64,000 nt of DNA, taken from the NCBI GenBank assembly GCA_973851085.1, contig OZ316775.1, forward strand, positions 20,336,001 to 20,400,000. Direction: 5' to 3'. Source of the stretch: Ptychomitrium polyphyllum. Taxonomy: Eukaryota. Position numbers and translations under genes: made by a program. The notes under the pieces were generated by a model that was not told the DNA's origin, did not search any database, and saw nothing but the letters and a program-made list of their open reading frames with translations. Shown here piece after piece: positions 25,713 through 39,344 of this stretch. Each line of letters starts with the position of its first letter. Position 1 is the first letter of the stretch.

Positions 25713-26069
25713 TGTATGTAGAAACAAATTCTTAGAAGATTCTTAGAAGGTTTAGTAAGGCTAAAGAAGCTTCCAAGAAAGTTGGCTAAGGAAGCTTCCA
25801 AACAAGTAATTCAAGGTTGCAAGATTATGAAATAATTAATTAGAAGCTTATCAAGAAGCTTCAAAGGTTTATAATCCTAATATATATAGGAGTTGAGGCT
25901 GAAGGAATTTTTAGTCTTACCAATGCATCTTTTGTGGTTCAACTCAAACTTCTTGGTCTTGTCTTTGTACCTTATTATAGCTCTTTACTTTTAATATGTT
26001 TTGGACATATTGTGTTTTATATCCTAAAATCTTGAAGCCTTGTCTTGTCTTTATTAGATCCATAATACA
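25713..26069 (+). mobile_element. Solo or truncated LTR related to the chromovirus at 58022
   Basis: taatatatataggagttgaggctgaaggaatttttagtctt...ttgtcttgt aligns with 58300-58470. No internal sequence follows and no TSD was found, so the ends are approximate. Confidence 0.75.
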
Positions 26070-26867
26070 AACAATAAAGAAAAAATAGCTAATCATTCAA
26101 AAAAATAACAACATATTTGAATATGCATATTAAATGAATTAGCAATTTATTTAAAAGTTAAAATTTCTAATATAGAATAAATCAAATATATATAGAAGAA
26201 AGTATACATTGATTTTGTTATTTTATAATAGCTCCACAAGTTACACAAATTATGGTCAACTACATTAATTATTTACCAAGGCTATAAATTTTTATATAAA
26301 GTAATTGATTTTTATTAATAAAGATATTCATATTATTAATGTAGAAAGATCTAAAACTTAATTTTATAAAGATAACACTTAGATTTGTACTTATATTGTA
26401 TTTAAATCTAAAAATCCATACTAATTGAGATGATTCTATAAAAATTGGTAAACAATACAAAAGAATCTTCGTGAGAGAGATGAACTTGGTGGCAGCATTT
26501 ATAGATGCTATACCAAAAAGCAATTGTTTTAAACTTTAGAAGTCTACACTTATACTTTGAAGTTGTCTCTAATGAGACAAATTCTTGCAAGTTAAATTCA
26601 TATATCTTCAAACCAAATCTAAGAATATTAAAACCTAAATATACAAAAACTATCTAAATATTAGATGTGTACATGAATTCAATGCAAAAAGCTCCTCTAA
26701 AAGGCAAGCTTAAGTTTTGAACACATCATAGCTCTACAAACACAAGCTCATCAGAATATCCATTAACCCCAAAAAGCCAAAAATGACCACACATCAGTAA
26801 GTGTGACCAACACAGAATTACACAATACCCAACGAACCAGCCGCATTACTTCATCTAAAACCACCGG

Positions 26868-27020
26868 GAAACGGCCCGCCAGCCTGGCACTGGCGCCGAC
26901 GTGGCAATGCGCCGACATGGCCCGCCAGCGAGGCAGCGAGTCAGCGAGCCGTTGGGAAATTTAAACGGTGGGTACACCCGCAACGGTGATGACGAAAGAC
27001 GAAGGCGCTCCAACGGCTCT
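26868..27020 (+). promoter_or_regulatory. Cluster of MSA (mitosis-specific activator) AACGG elements upstream of the kinesin
   Basis: AACGG cores at 26870, 26964, 26982 and 27012 (TCCAACGGCT), plus a reverse copy CCGTT at 26949 (CCCAACGGCT). Confidence 0.7.
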
Positions 27021-27482
27021 GTCGTGGTGGCCTTGGCGATGGCGATGGCTCGCTCGTTGCACATTGTCCGTGCCCGCCTGCGCTGTCGCCCACCCGCGCT
27101 CCTACCTAGTGTTGGAGTTAGCTCTGTACCTCGTGACGCCCTTTCGTATTCCTGTGTGGTTGCATTCTGTGGATTTCAGTCTCCATGCACAGGTTTCGTG
27201 GCCTGAGGTAGCCTGTTCTGCTTGGCCGGCCGATGCACAGTGCCTCGCTGGTGTGAGAGTCTTGTCCGGCGGTTGAGTGGGGCAGAAAGAGTGATCTCGT
27301 GTTGCGTGTGTGGAGAGTTTGGAGACATTGGTTGCGGTGTTAGAGGAGGGAGTTTGTGAGGATGGGGCTGGAAGGGAGCTTTTGGAGAAGTGGTTGTGTT
27401 GTTTGAGTGGGCTGGTCTGAAGATCAGGTTAGGGTGGTAGGTTGTGGGATTTTGTTCTGTGAGAGTGCAGGGGTTTAATAGT

Positions 27483-30400
27483 ATGAAGGGGGTTTTGAGC
27501 CGCGCTCGCAGTAACCCTCGAGGAGTAGGGGAGGCGTCTTCGAAGGAGAAGGAGCCGTTTTATGTGGGCCCGTATCGGTCGAAGAGTGCGAGTCCGGGAC
27601 GAAAGCCGAGGAGTAACAGCGAGAATGTTCCGCCCGATAACAATGTGCGTGTAAGATCTTCGTTGTGCGGTTCTTGAGATGAGGTTTTTGTTGTAGAGAG
27701 CTGCGATGGGGTCGTTGAGAGGGGTTTATGGGCACTGCTGAAGGATCATCACCATGTCCTAAATCTTAGATCTACAGCTCGCATGTGGTTTACTTCACTG
27801 AAACGTTCGTCATTAGGTTTTGAACCAATTTGTGAAAGGTCTTGTTTTTGTTTCCCCTCTGTTGGCAATCATGAGAGTCGTTCGGGGTTATTCGACTTCC
27901 TGGTTCAGTCACTCAGTTCGTAATGAGCATTATGGGACGTATCTGTGTTCAGATGCGGTAAATGGATTCTATGGTCAATGTTGGAAGGTAGAATAGAAGT
28001 TGTGAGATTGGAAGTGTGAAAATCTAGGCGAGAGCCTTGAATTTTGCGAATGATTAGATAAGTAAACCGACTTTGTATGATTGAAGAGTTGTCGTTTATA
28101 AGGTCTTGACAACCTGCTGAGGAATTCTATTGGGAATCTTTAATTGATACGTTGCTGCCGAAGAGTCACTGCCTCATTTGAGGGCTCTCATGTTTGTTCT
28201 AATGTGAGAATTGCAGGTATCAGAGGGGATGTCGCCAATCCAATCTAAGGCTGGGATGTCGAAGGCGCCCAAAAGCTCCAAGGAGTTTTTTCTTGGAAAC
28301 AATGCCAGCCCTGCGCTTCCGCCGAAGCCCCCAAGACCTTCACCGGCTCGAGCGGCATCTGCTCTTACCCAATTCCATGATAAGATCCATGCCCATGATC
28401 AGGGCAGCAACATCAAGCGGAAAATTAATTGGGACACACCTACGGATAATCTTCAGACGACTTTAACTATAGAAACATCTTCAGCTGACACGGGCGTTAA
28501 GGTAAGAATTGTTGAATACTGAGAAGGTATTGATCCTCAGGAATCATTTCGGTAATGAAGATTTGAGGCCTATGCAATTGTTCACACTCAAATAGCACCT
28601 GTGGGTTACCGATATGTACTAACGCTTTCGGAGGTGCATTTTCAGGTAATTGTGAGAGTGAGACCTTTGAACAAGAAGGAAGAGGCAGAGGAAGCCGACC
28701 ATGTTGTGCACAGGATATCTCCTACTTGTGTGTCGCTGAGTGATCAGCAATTCACGTACGACGCAGTGGCTGGAGAGGATTCATCGCAGGTGATATTCTA
28801 ACATAGCCATTATGTATTACGCGTGAGCTTTCGTATTTCTCGCATTACCCGGTGCGTGTGATCACTGAATTTTGATAATAGAGCAAATTGTCTTGGAAGT
28901 TCAACATCACGGCATTGCGTGGATCTTGTCTTTCATGAGAGATTTTGGGTCATCAGCTATTTCCTTTTTTGAATGTAATATGTCCTGTGATTTACACAGG
29001 AAGCCGTTTTCCACATGGTGGGATTACCTATGGTAGAGAATTGTCTCGCAGGCTTCAACAGTTCTATCTTCGCCTATGGCCAGGTGCTCTTTTATGTTCC
29101 TAGATATCTCGCGGTTTTTTGCCATAATTTTAGTTGTAGTCTCACTATTGAGGCGAGGTTAAAGAATTTGGAGTTCTCTCCTGAGATCACTGGAGACGGC
29201 CTAATGCTTTCTCTGGATGTGAACATTTACAGACGGGTAGCGGGAAGACCCACACTATGTGGGGTGTGATGTCCGATTCAGAAGACTTTCCCTCTGATGG
29301 CCGAGGCCTTACCCCACGAGTTTTTGAGAGGCTCTTTGCTCGGATTCATGAGGTTGCTAGTTGTTCCATTTCTCAGAAAAATTCATTCCGTGCACACATC
29401 GGATCCATGTTTGATGTGTTTTGTAGTGTTTAACTGTTTCTTGTGTATTTCAGGAAGAGAAGATTAATGCGGACAAGCAGCTGGTGTACCAGTGTCGGTG
29501 CTCCTTCTTAGAGGTACCAAGTGCAACTCTTTGGTTTCTAGAGTTCTTCAGTCTTTGTTAACATTGCATACAAAATGAATTCGAAGAAGCTGTGTGACAC
29601 GTCCAACACATTGTAGTGGACGCTTGTATTTGACAATCACTGATCTCGTTACTGCAGATATACAACGAGCAGATTACTGATCTATTTGAGCCCTCGCAGA
29701 AGAATCTCATGGTAAACTTCCCATCTTTTGTGTCTTGACGAGAAACTTGGTATTTACTGTTTACTTGACAAGATGAATGTGTCGGATGGTTGCAGTTCCT
29801 CTTGCTAATTCAATGAGTAATTCCACAGGAATATGTGGCTATCTACGATCTTCATAAATGATCCTTGTCTTCGTGCAGATTAGAGAAGATACAAAGACAG
29901 GTGTATACGTAGATAACCTAAGCGAGGAATTTGTTTCTTCCGTTCAGGATGTGGCTCGCATTCTTGTCAAGGTGTGGATTTTCTCTCCCTACTTCAGTAT
30001 ACAGCTTACTGTCTGTTTCTTGACGTTAAATCCTCTCAGATTCTGAATGCTAGACTGACATGATTGTTATTTGTGCTCAGGGGCTGGCGAATAGAAGAGT
30101 AGGCGCCACAACAATGAATAGCGAAAGTTCGCGATCTCATTCTGTTTTCACTTGCGTGATTGAATCTCGATCGAAGGTACCTGACCTACGTTTTGTAAAT
30201 TGCATATACAAAGTCCTGTTTATTGTCACAAATCTCATTTGCAGTTCTTTTTAGCGACTGGACAACATCAATGTAAGGAGCCTCTCCCAATTTCTCCACT
30301 GTAAACCGCTGACTGGATTGTTGTCCTGCAGAGTGAGGGCGAGGGCATAAGCAGCGTCAGAAGTAGTCGATTAAATCTAGTAGATTTGGCAGGCTCGGAG

Positions 30401-33400
30401 AGACAGAAGCAGACTGGGTCTGCTGGTGAGCGGCTTAAGGAGGCTGGCAACATCAACAAGTCTCTTTCCCAGCTCGGGTAGGTTCATGCTCCGTCGTTTA
30501 TTCTTATTTGTCTTGTTTAGTCCTACGCTTGGAGTGAAGAATAATCAGGTGATTTGAGTAACCTAAATTGGTTTATCTCGTTTTCCAGGAATGTCATCAA
30601 CATTTTGGCCGAAGTGGCACAATCTGGGAAGCATCGTCACATACCTTACCGAGATTCCCGTTTGACATTTCTGTTACAAGAATCCCTGGGTGGGAATGCA
30701 AAGTTGGCCATGATTTGTGCCGTATCTCCAGCAAGCAGGTATGATTCTGTTTGTTCCGGTTTCTCCAAGTGATTGTTATAGAGAGACATATTAAGTTAGA
30801 TAATATAATTACCACCTTATTCCTAATTGTTTGATTCGAGCGCTGAGTTCTGATATGTTGCCCGTCACGTTTGCAGCTGCAAGAGTGAGACGCTTAGCAC
30901 ACTACGATTTGCTCAGAGGGCAAAGGCCATTCAGAACAAGGCAGTGGTGAATGAGGAGAAAGCGAATGATGTGAATCTTCTTCGTGAACAGATCCGTCAG
31001 CTGAAGGTAGTGATCCGATATATGCTGCTTTGACAGGCATATGCAAGTCCTGCTGGTCATCGACGTATTAAGATCCAGAAGTTTATTTTTTAAGAATGAA
31101 ATCTGCACCTTAACTGTAGATGTTCGTTGAATTTGGTTACAGGATGAGCTGACAAGGATGAAGTCAAACAATGCTACGGAAGATCAAAGTGGGAGTGGGT
31201 ACACCACAGGTTGGAATGCTCGCCGAAGCTACAATCTTCTCAGGCTTAGCCTTGGCCATGCGATGAAAGCTCCTCTTTTTGTGGATAATGATAACGACGA
31301 TGAGATGGAACTTGATGATATGGAGACGGGTCTAAATGAAATGGCTAATCGGCTCTCTAATGGAAATAGCATATCTCAGTCCACAGACATGGAACTAGGT
31401 TCTCCTAAGATAAGAAAATCAACAGAAGAAGAGAGGTCCACCATAGAGGCAAATGATGGGTCATCAACTGAAAAAGGCCTAGATGGCACACCGGACATTG
31501 AGTCTCCAACATTTGGTTTGGTGGAGGATGTTAAATTTAACCTCCCGGCCTTAAATGTAAATCAAGGACCTTCGGACGCAGCTCCTGGTCTTTACTCACC
31601 AATGCCATGCCTTTCCCCGAAAGGAGACAAAAAACCCTCAGGGACGGGAGCGATGTTTGGGCTTATTTCTCTTGCAGAGAATGAAGATGTCGTAGACTTT
31701 GGTGCAGAAGTAGTGTCAGAAGGCATGGCCGCTCTTCGGAGCTCCAAAGCTCTCCCTTCCCCATCACCTCGGGATCGTCTAGCTGCGAGCCTCCAGAAAG
31801 GACTTCAAATTCTAGATAATCATCAGAAGAGTTCTCTTCGAAGGTGAGTCCTTCGAAGCGATTACTTCTCGTTTATTCTTTACGTACTTTCGGAAATCCA
31901 TGGATTTCTGAGTAAATCCTGCTGTGCTGAAGAAAATCTTGTGCTCTCCGTTTTCCAAGAACTTGTGGAATTTCAAGCTGTTTGGGTACTATGTGCATGG
32001 GATCTATCGAAACTTTTAAGAACTTATTGGAACTATGTGCACTGCAGGTCTACTAACGTCCGATTCTCCTTCCAAAGTTCAGAACCAAAGTGCACCCCAG
32101 ACCTGGAGAAGGTGCCTCACACTGTAGGCACTATTTGTCCTAAATGCCTGATGCGTTCCTCTACGGCAGGAGTCCGATCCTCTTTCCAAAATCTGAATCC
32201 AAATAAGAAAGCTCGGACTATGGAAGCGGGAGTGCAGACATCTTCTCCTAAGGAACTTTCGAAGAGCGTTGAGTGGGCTAACCTTATTGAGATTGGCTGT
32301 CAGACAATGTTGCCGGATTCTCCAGACATTTGTCTGGAGATGTTGGACGACAGTAAATTAGAGAAGAAGGTCCTGACACCTCGGAAACCGGAGTATGCAC
32401 AGGTACATAGTTATTCTCCTCTGATAACTCAGTATACCAGCTTCGTTATTTTTCTTCATGAGTTCCTTGACTTCGTTGAAATTGATTGTGAATGCAAGAA
32501 CCTTCAAATGTCATTCTTCATAAACAGAAGGCCCTTCAAATCTTCTTCTTCATACGACTTTGCTAAATAAAACCACGATAGATCCTACAAGTGTTTGCTT
32601 AATCTCCGAGATCACGTTTGAACGCAGAAAATAGAGGCTTTGCTCGCTGGATCCATAAGGAGGGAAAGAGCAGCCGAAGAGGTCATGACACAGCAAGCCG
32701 CGGAAATCGAGCAGCTAAATCGTTTGGTACAGTACTAGTTTCATTAGTTGATGCAGCTATTTGAAATTACTGTGCTCATCCTACTTGTTCAATTTATGCT
32801 AGAGCAAGCAGCAGAAGTCTTTGTTCTCAACGTTCCATGTTCAGCTATTTAAAAATTGACTACATTTTGATTTTCCTTCCGCAACTTTCTGATCTAAGAG
32901 AGACACTGTCTTCTTATTGTAGGTACGCCAGTACAAACATGAGAGGGAATGCAATTCAGTTATCCAGCAAAGCCGCGAAGACAAAATTGTCCGGCTAGAG
33001 GCCCTCATGAGTGGTGTACTTCCCCGTGAAACCTTTCTCAGCGAAGAGTGGGCAGCTCTTCTTTATGAACACAAGGTATAAGATAGTGAATTATGAATTT
33101 TCAGTTCAAACATTGTCATGTCTGTAACCTATGAGCTAGGATTACAAATATCAGCATGTGATACCAAAACCCTAAGTCTCCAGGCGTTCTTTCATAGCAT
33201 TCCATGCTATGTTGGATTTAATCACTTGTATGTTTTGGTTGTCTTACAGCAGGCTTTTCTGTGTGTTCGCAGACCCTACAAGACAAGTTTGATAAGCATC
33301 CCGAGGTCACTCATTCCAAAATAGAGCTCGAGAGACTCTTGGATGAGTTGGATCGTTACAAAACCTTTTTTGACCTTGGGGAAAGAGAGGTTCTCTTGCA

Positions 33401-34916
33401 AGAGAATATGGAGTTGCGAAACCACCTTCAGACCTATCTTGAGTGTGATACTCCAGGGCCCGCAAAGAATCGGCGGCTTTCTTTGACCTCAAAAGCAATT
33501 CGAGAATCAGCTGCTGATCTCAGCCTTCTTCGCATCGCAGTCCCTGATGGTCCTTCGGTATCTGGTGAAGATCTTGAAAATGATCAGTTGGTTACTGAAC
33601 GCCAGTTATGGCAGGAAAGAGAGCTCGAATGGCTGACTCTCATGGAAGAGATGGCAGCTGAGTCTGAGAAATGGAGATTACTTGCCGACAAGAGGAAGGT
33701 TGAACTGGATGGTGAGAAGAGGTATGTTTAGATAAGTTCCGCGCTCAGAGTTTGGAAGGGACTTCTTTGGCTATTATGACCAATAGTGCTGAAATATTTA
33801 CTACGTAGTCGGTCTTGGGAATCACAGCATGCTGCCAATATTATTACAATCCGAGTATGTGAATTCTAACAAACGTGGAGGTTGTACTACATTTAAGCTA
33901 GATTCTTACTGAATATATTTTTCGAACATGCTTGGTGAATCAGGTGTGCGAAAGAGGTACAAGAAGCTCTTCAGATGGCAATGGAAGGTCATGCACGACA
34001 GTTGGAACAGTACGCAGAGCTCCAAGAGAAGCACATCGCGTTGCTTGGCAAGAACCGAAAGATACGTGAAGGTTTGGTAGATCTAAAAAAATTTGCTAAA
34101 AAAGCTGGAGTTACTACCACGGATACACGATGGTTTGAGTGTCAGGCTGAGCAGCTCGTAGCCATGAGAATTGACCACGAGCTTGAACGAGATGCTGCTA
34201 GAGACGAGGCGCAGGTATTGCAAGCGCAGCTTCAAGATACCGCCGAAGCGGTATCAGCTGCTGGAGAGCTTTTAGTGAGGCTCAAGGAGGCCGAGGAAGC
34301 GGTGTGCCTGGCCCAAGTAAGACCCTTGCTGTCATGAGTCTTATATTTCATAATTTTTTTTGGTTGCAGATTCGTCAATCCTTGAACACGGTATCAAATT
34401 TCGAATTGCAAAACTTTCACTCCAGATGAAAGCACTGAAATTAGAGGATCTGGTCATCGGTGATGGTCTTACTGTCTACAAATATTTTAACATGTGATTT
34501 TCTGCTCGATTCAGGATGCGGCTGCAATGGCTGGCCAGGAAGCAAACAGAATTCACAGAGAAATGGAAAAGTTGCGAAGAAAGCATGAGACCGAACTTGC
34601 TGCTCTACAACAAACCTTGCAGGAGACTCGTATGAAGCCACAACTGTGTCCCATGTGTGTCATGGCTGAGCGAGTGAAATTCGAGTTCACGGAGGTGGAA
34701 TCTGATGCGAAACTTGCCAATACCCAGTCCAAAACGCAATATTTTAGATCACTCTCTACTCCCGTGCTTGGTAGTTCCCTTAGTAGCTGGAATAGTGGCC
34801 ACAGTGGAGGCTGTGCAAGGGACGATGAAGAGGAGAGCATTGCTGGAGAGTTGGAGGACAGGGGGAATTTTTTGGAGAATCTAGATTTTGATGAGTTTGT
34901 TGATGAACCTCTCTAA
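27483..34916 (+). CDS. Kinesin-12 family motor, PAKRP1/KIN12A-B-like (about 17 exons)
   Basis: Spliced motor motifs [54 protein letters not shown] and [13 protein letters not shown]. The C-terminal coiled coil has [13 protein letters not shown] and [39 protein letters not shown], typical of KIN12A/B. Confidence 0.93.
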
Positions 34917-35165
34917 CCCAATCACCTGTAAGTTTAATAATCCAAATAACGCACGTAGCAACAAATCTGTAGTATACTTAGACCTCGGTTGTACGATTGG
35001 TACAAAGACAAGAATGTTAGAACTTCTGAAACTAGTGCGGTGGCTAATGATCTTGCCTTCGGTTCAGGCCTGTAGTTGATAACCCCTCATCACCTAATGA
35101 GGACGATTAGTTACTGGGGAGCTTCTAAAGCAATCGTTAGAATTCCTCAGTCTTGCAGCCCAGTT

Positions 35166-35457
35166 CTTGACTGTAATTTTATGTAATGACGATTCAGTTT
35201 TCCAATGACATAACAGCTGACTTTTCATCACTAGTTCGTTGATGGTTTGCCGAGTGCCCGTCGAATGTTTGCAGGTTCACCTGCTGTCAGTCCTATAAAT
35301 GATTACATTGTAACGTTATTTGAGGATTACGTAGTGTACTTGTTTGCATCTTTATCTGGTGGAGTGTTTATGCCGATAGCAATTTGCTGGATCCTATTTC
35401 GTCATGTAACGGACTAAAAGTGAATCGTCATTACATAACAAAGAAATGGCAGTCAGG
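35166..35457. repeat. Inverted repeat with an 18 bp perfect core downstream of the kinesin
   Basis: ttatgtaatgacgattca (35179-35196) is the exact reverse complement of tgaatcgtcattacataa (35421-35438), with flanking partial pairing (cttgactg / cagtcagg). Confidence 0.75.
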
Positions 35458-35514
35458 ATAGCAGAACCTTACGCTGCACAAATTTTGATGGTCCTCTGGA
35501 TAAATGCGAGCGTG

Positions 35515-36338
35515 TCATTTTCTCTGAAAAACGGCTGCAAATTTGCAGGATAGTATTTCGTGAGAATCTGTGAAAGTCGCAGATGTTTGGAAAAATCCAA
35601 TGTACATGTAGCCATCAAAAAGATCTGCAAGATCGGGTTTAGAAACCTTAGTCAATCCTGAACGTGCTGGTTTAATAACTCCCTCTGTCAATGACCCATT
35701 TACAAACCAAACTTCCAGTACCTATTTGAACCAATGTGTAGGTGTTACCAGTCCATAGAATTGAGCAGCTTGTTCTCTTGCCAGCACACAAGTTCTGTAC
35801 GCTGATTTGATGTTGTTGATGCTAACACTAATGTGATTGTCACTTGGATCCTCATCGAAATAATTGTTTCAATTGTTAAACTCAACAATAGTTTATACCA
35901 TTAATTGTAACAGGATGCGCGTTTCCAATTGTACACGTTGGATAATACGTTGCATATTTTTTCTGAGGTCAAGCTGAACGTGAATCTATTTATGGGCACC
36001 AGACAGTCACTCCTGCTGGTGGACAGTACCGGTTTGCAAATTGAGAACTTGAAAGGTGTGCTAAGCGAAGCCACTGCGCGAGATTCTCTTTCCTCCTGTT
36101 TGTGGATTACCTTTACAAAAGATGATCTTGTAATTTTGAAACCAGAGGGTTGAGTGGTAAAGAAGAGTTATCCTGGATTGTATCGGTTTTCCCAAAATTT
36201 GAAGAAACTCATTCAATGACTCAAATTCAGGAAATTGAAATTTGATGCTTGAGCTGGCACTCCAAACAAAAGAGGAATATAGAAGGAAACAGGGTTACGG
36301 ACAGTGACAATGTAATTGCAATGTAAGACCATTCGCAT
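35515..36338 (-). pseudogene. Legume (L-type) lectin domain pseudogene, intronless, with a putative signal peptide
   Basis: Minus-strand translation gives ..PAQA-SNFNF, ASLSTPFKFSI, VEFNN*NNYFDEDPSDNHISVSINNIKS, LEVWF and DLADLFDGYMYIGF..DSHEILSCKF. These match the ASFST, VEFDT..DPNDNHVG and YVGF..HxILSW lectin motifs. In-frame stops and frameshifts are present. Confidence 0.75.
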
Positions 36339-37131
36339 GTGCAACCACTTCGTGACGTTTTGATAGGAAATAGATAGTCTTGAAGGAAAAACATCTCGGC
36401 ATCCTGCCACTGTCTTGAAATAAACTCAGTAATGTGTAAAAGTTGATACGTACAATCTCACAGAAGGCTGCCTAATCCTACTTTTATGAATTTTTGGAGA
36501 CGTTCAGAATGAGAAACCTGGTCTCATGAAGGACTTTCTGACAGACATGTGACATGAGGGTGGTGCAAAACCCTGGCTAAGTTGCCTGTGAAGAGGTAAA
36601 GTGCACCCAGATATTTACCAGGTGACTCGACAACGTTACCAAAATCCGAATTGTCAATTATCATCATACAGACTTCCTCTACTGCAAAGAATTTAAAGGT
36701 AAACGGTAAATATTGAAGTTCAAGTAGCTAACGAACGATCAACCCAGTGCCTTCCATGCGCACACCACAGATTCACCTAAGTTATGCAACATGCTCAACA
36801 GTGGAAAAGCCCTTTTCAAGAGAATGTCTACAGTGCAGAGCCTTGATCCTATAATCCAATTAGAGAGGGATTCTGAGGGGGTTTGAGTCTAAGTCCTCGT
36901 AGATCATTGAATACATAGGAGCTGCCATCTGATTTTTTGGATCAGGTATACATAACCTGTTCTGTGAGTTTCTCCATATGCGAGTTATGCTATCGAATGC
37001 GATGTACTGATGCTGTATTCTGTTGTGTAATACTTATTATTCCCATTCAGACTCTCTATCGAATACACGACGTGTTGTTTGCAATAGAATCAATCAATTT
37101 GTGCATCGTATCTGTATTTTGATTTAATATT

Positions 37132-39344
37132 TTAGTCTATGCACATGGCACGTACAAAATGACCAAGTTTGCTTGCTGGAAAGACTGATTCAGTACCTGG
37201 GGAACTACCCTCTGGGACAAACATACAACCTTCACTTATAGACACGCCTCCCGATATGGATGCAGTTGTGATTAGATACTCCTTTAAAACAGTGCTGGAT
37301 TTGGCATCCAAAGCTAATACAGAACCATCTGGATTTCCAAGAGATGTCACAAGTAATACCCCATTAGCTGCAGTTGGAGGACCTAGGGGACAAGTCTTAT
37401 CAAGTGTGCCAACTGACCATATGATATTGCCTGTAGATGCATTTATAGCCACCCACCCACCGTAAGTTATTACAGTTTTTGAAGGAGCCAGTGTGAAATT
37501 TCTTTTTTCATTATTGATAACATTTGAAAATACACGTTCACCATCTGTTGCTAAACCCCAAGATGATCCTCCCATGGAACCTCCGGGTCCAGCAACCTAC
37601 AAAGGTTTACAAAAATTAGTCATAATATATTACATTATTAAAAACTAAATGTATTTTTTCTTTAAATAATATGAAAGGTGTTGCATTATCTAGTAGGTTC
37701 AAGAGAGCCCAGATAACATAATTAAGAGTTCAGGAATATTAGACTTACCGCGAGCCATACAACATGTCCATCATCTCTGCCAAGAGCCCATACAAATCCG
37801 TTTTTCTGACCTGTAAGCACGATATCTTTATTTGCAATCGTTCCGTTTACGGGTATGTTGACAGTGAGCAACAATGGCATTTCTCCAAAATCAGCATCTG
37901 GTCCTGCAATAGCAGAACAATTTGTACCTCCAAGTATACATGCCGCATTCCAAGTGTCATATTCACCAAGATGACGTGACCAGACTACCTTTCCGGAGTC
38001 TAAGTTCAAGGCAAGGATAGATTCTGAATGATCATCGGGTTGGATACATGGATCGGGGACCTCCCGAACTTTTTTCTTGGTCTCTATCTCTTCACATGCA
38101 ACCACATCTGGAGGTGCGGAGTAGAGGTTGCCAGTAGCTATGTATACCAATCTTCTATGTGTGTCTATGGAAGGACTACTGCCCCAAATTGCAGCTCCTG
38201 AATACAATCCTATTTTGCCACCATTGTCAGGTAGCATTTTTGTTTGCCACTTGATGGTACCTGTTTCAATATGTACCTTCACAAAACTCCCTACAAACGA
38301 GCAGCAAGGTCCCTCAACAATAATCTCACTCCTCGATGAGATACCAACATAATAGGAGCTGCAAGAATGAAACTCAGAGTCAGCCATCAAATATGAAAAT
38401 TATCATTGGCAATTGAAAATTTACCTGGGAGACTCCGCGTTGTCCATTCCACCCCTATTATAAATCTGATCATTTGTCATTTATGTAGGTCTGAAAAAAT
38501 GTAGAAGTGAAAGTAATAGTAGCTATCCAAGATTTTCCCGGTATTTAATATTCGAACTTGACATCAGGGATTTACCAATTGCCTGTGGCAGAAAGGAGAT
38601 TGTATACCTCTTGTAAACAGTGCCTGATGCTGTTAAACATGCCACGACAGATGGATCCAGCAACTTGGACCAGATCAAGGCACCAGTGCGGCGATCAAGT
38701 GCAAGAAGTAAAGCAGGAACAAAAAGACCTACAACCAAATATTTCTTGTGTACAACTGGAGTGTATCTTGAAACATAGGCCTTATCGGTGTGCAGCAGTT
38801 GTGACAGGTTCTTCTGCCAAATGATACTTCCGTCTGTCTTACCGACGGCAAACACTTCTCCATTCCATGTTGGGAAGTACACTACCCCATCTGCTATTGC
38901 AGGAGTCGCAGAGACCTCCCCGCCTGTTTCAGCTTTCCATTTTGTCTTGAACCTTGTAGCAGTATTGAGGTTGATTTTATGCTCGTTCCGGGCCTCTCGT
39001 CTATTGTACAGGCCACCTCCATGGTTTGGCCACTGGAAATTGTGCAAACGATCATCATGAAAGAGAACTTGAAAAAACCTCAAACCGAATATGAATCTGG
39101 CAATATGTTTATATGCATATCCTCGTATTCTCGAAAGTTGATAAAGAAACTGCGCTAAAATAAGAATTCAAAAGAACAAGCCACATACACATAGAACTGT
39201 TTGGGATTCGAAGATCTTCCAATATTATGACTACAACAGTTTTACCTCCGCCTCCAAAAATGTTGAAAGATGAGAACTGCACACATATGAACTCCAGCAC
39301 AACAATATGAAGAAGATAGATGCTACTGTCGCTTGTACCTCCAT
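37132..39344 (-). CDS. Secreted PQQ-type beta-propeller protein (polyvinyl-alcohol dehydrogenase-like), 4 exons
   Basis: Exons approximately 39344-39246 (hydrophobic signal peptide MEVQATVASIFFILLCWSS), ~39065-38608, ~38358-37749 and 37596-37132. Motifs WPNHGG, VSATPAIADGVVYFPTWNG, GAAIWGSSP, VYIATGN, DADFGE, GGSSWG and repeated A(L/I)DxxTGxxxW blades. Confidence 0.88.

Noticed and set aside
26855..27276. GC-rich ORFs of 69-102 aa upstream of the kinesin
   Set aside because: They overlap the MSA-bearing promoter and 5' UTR, have no domain features, and are expected by chance in GC-rich DNA.
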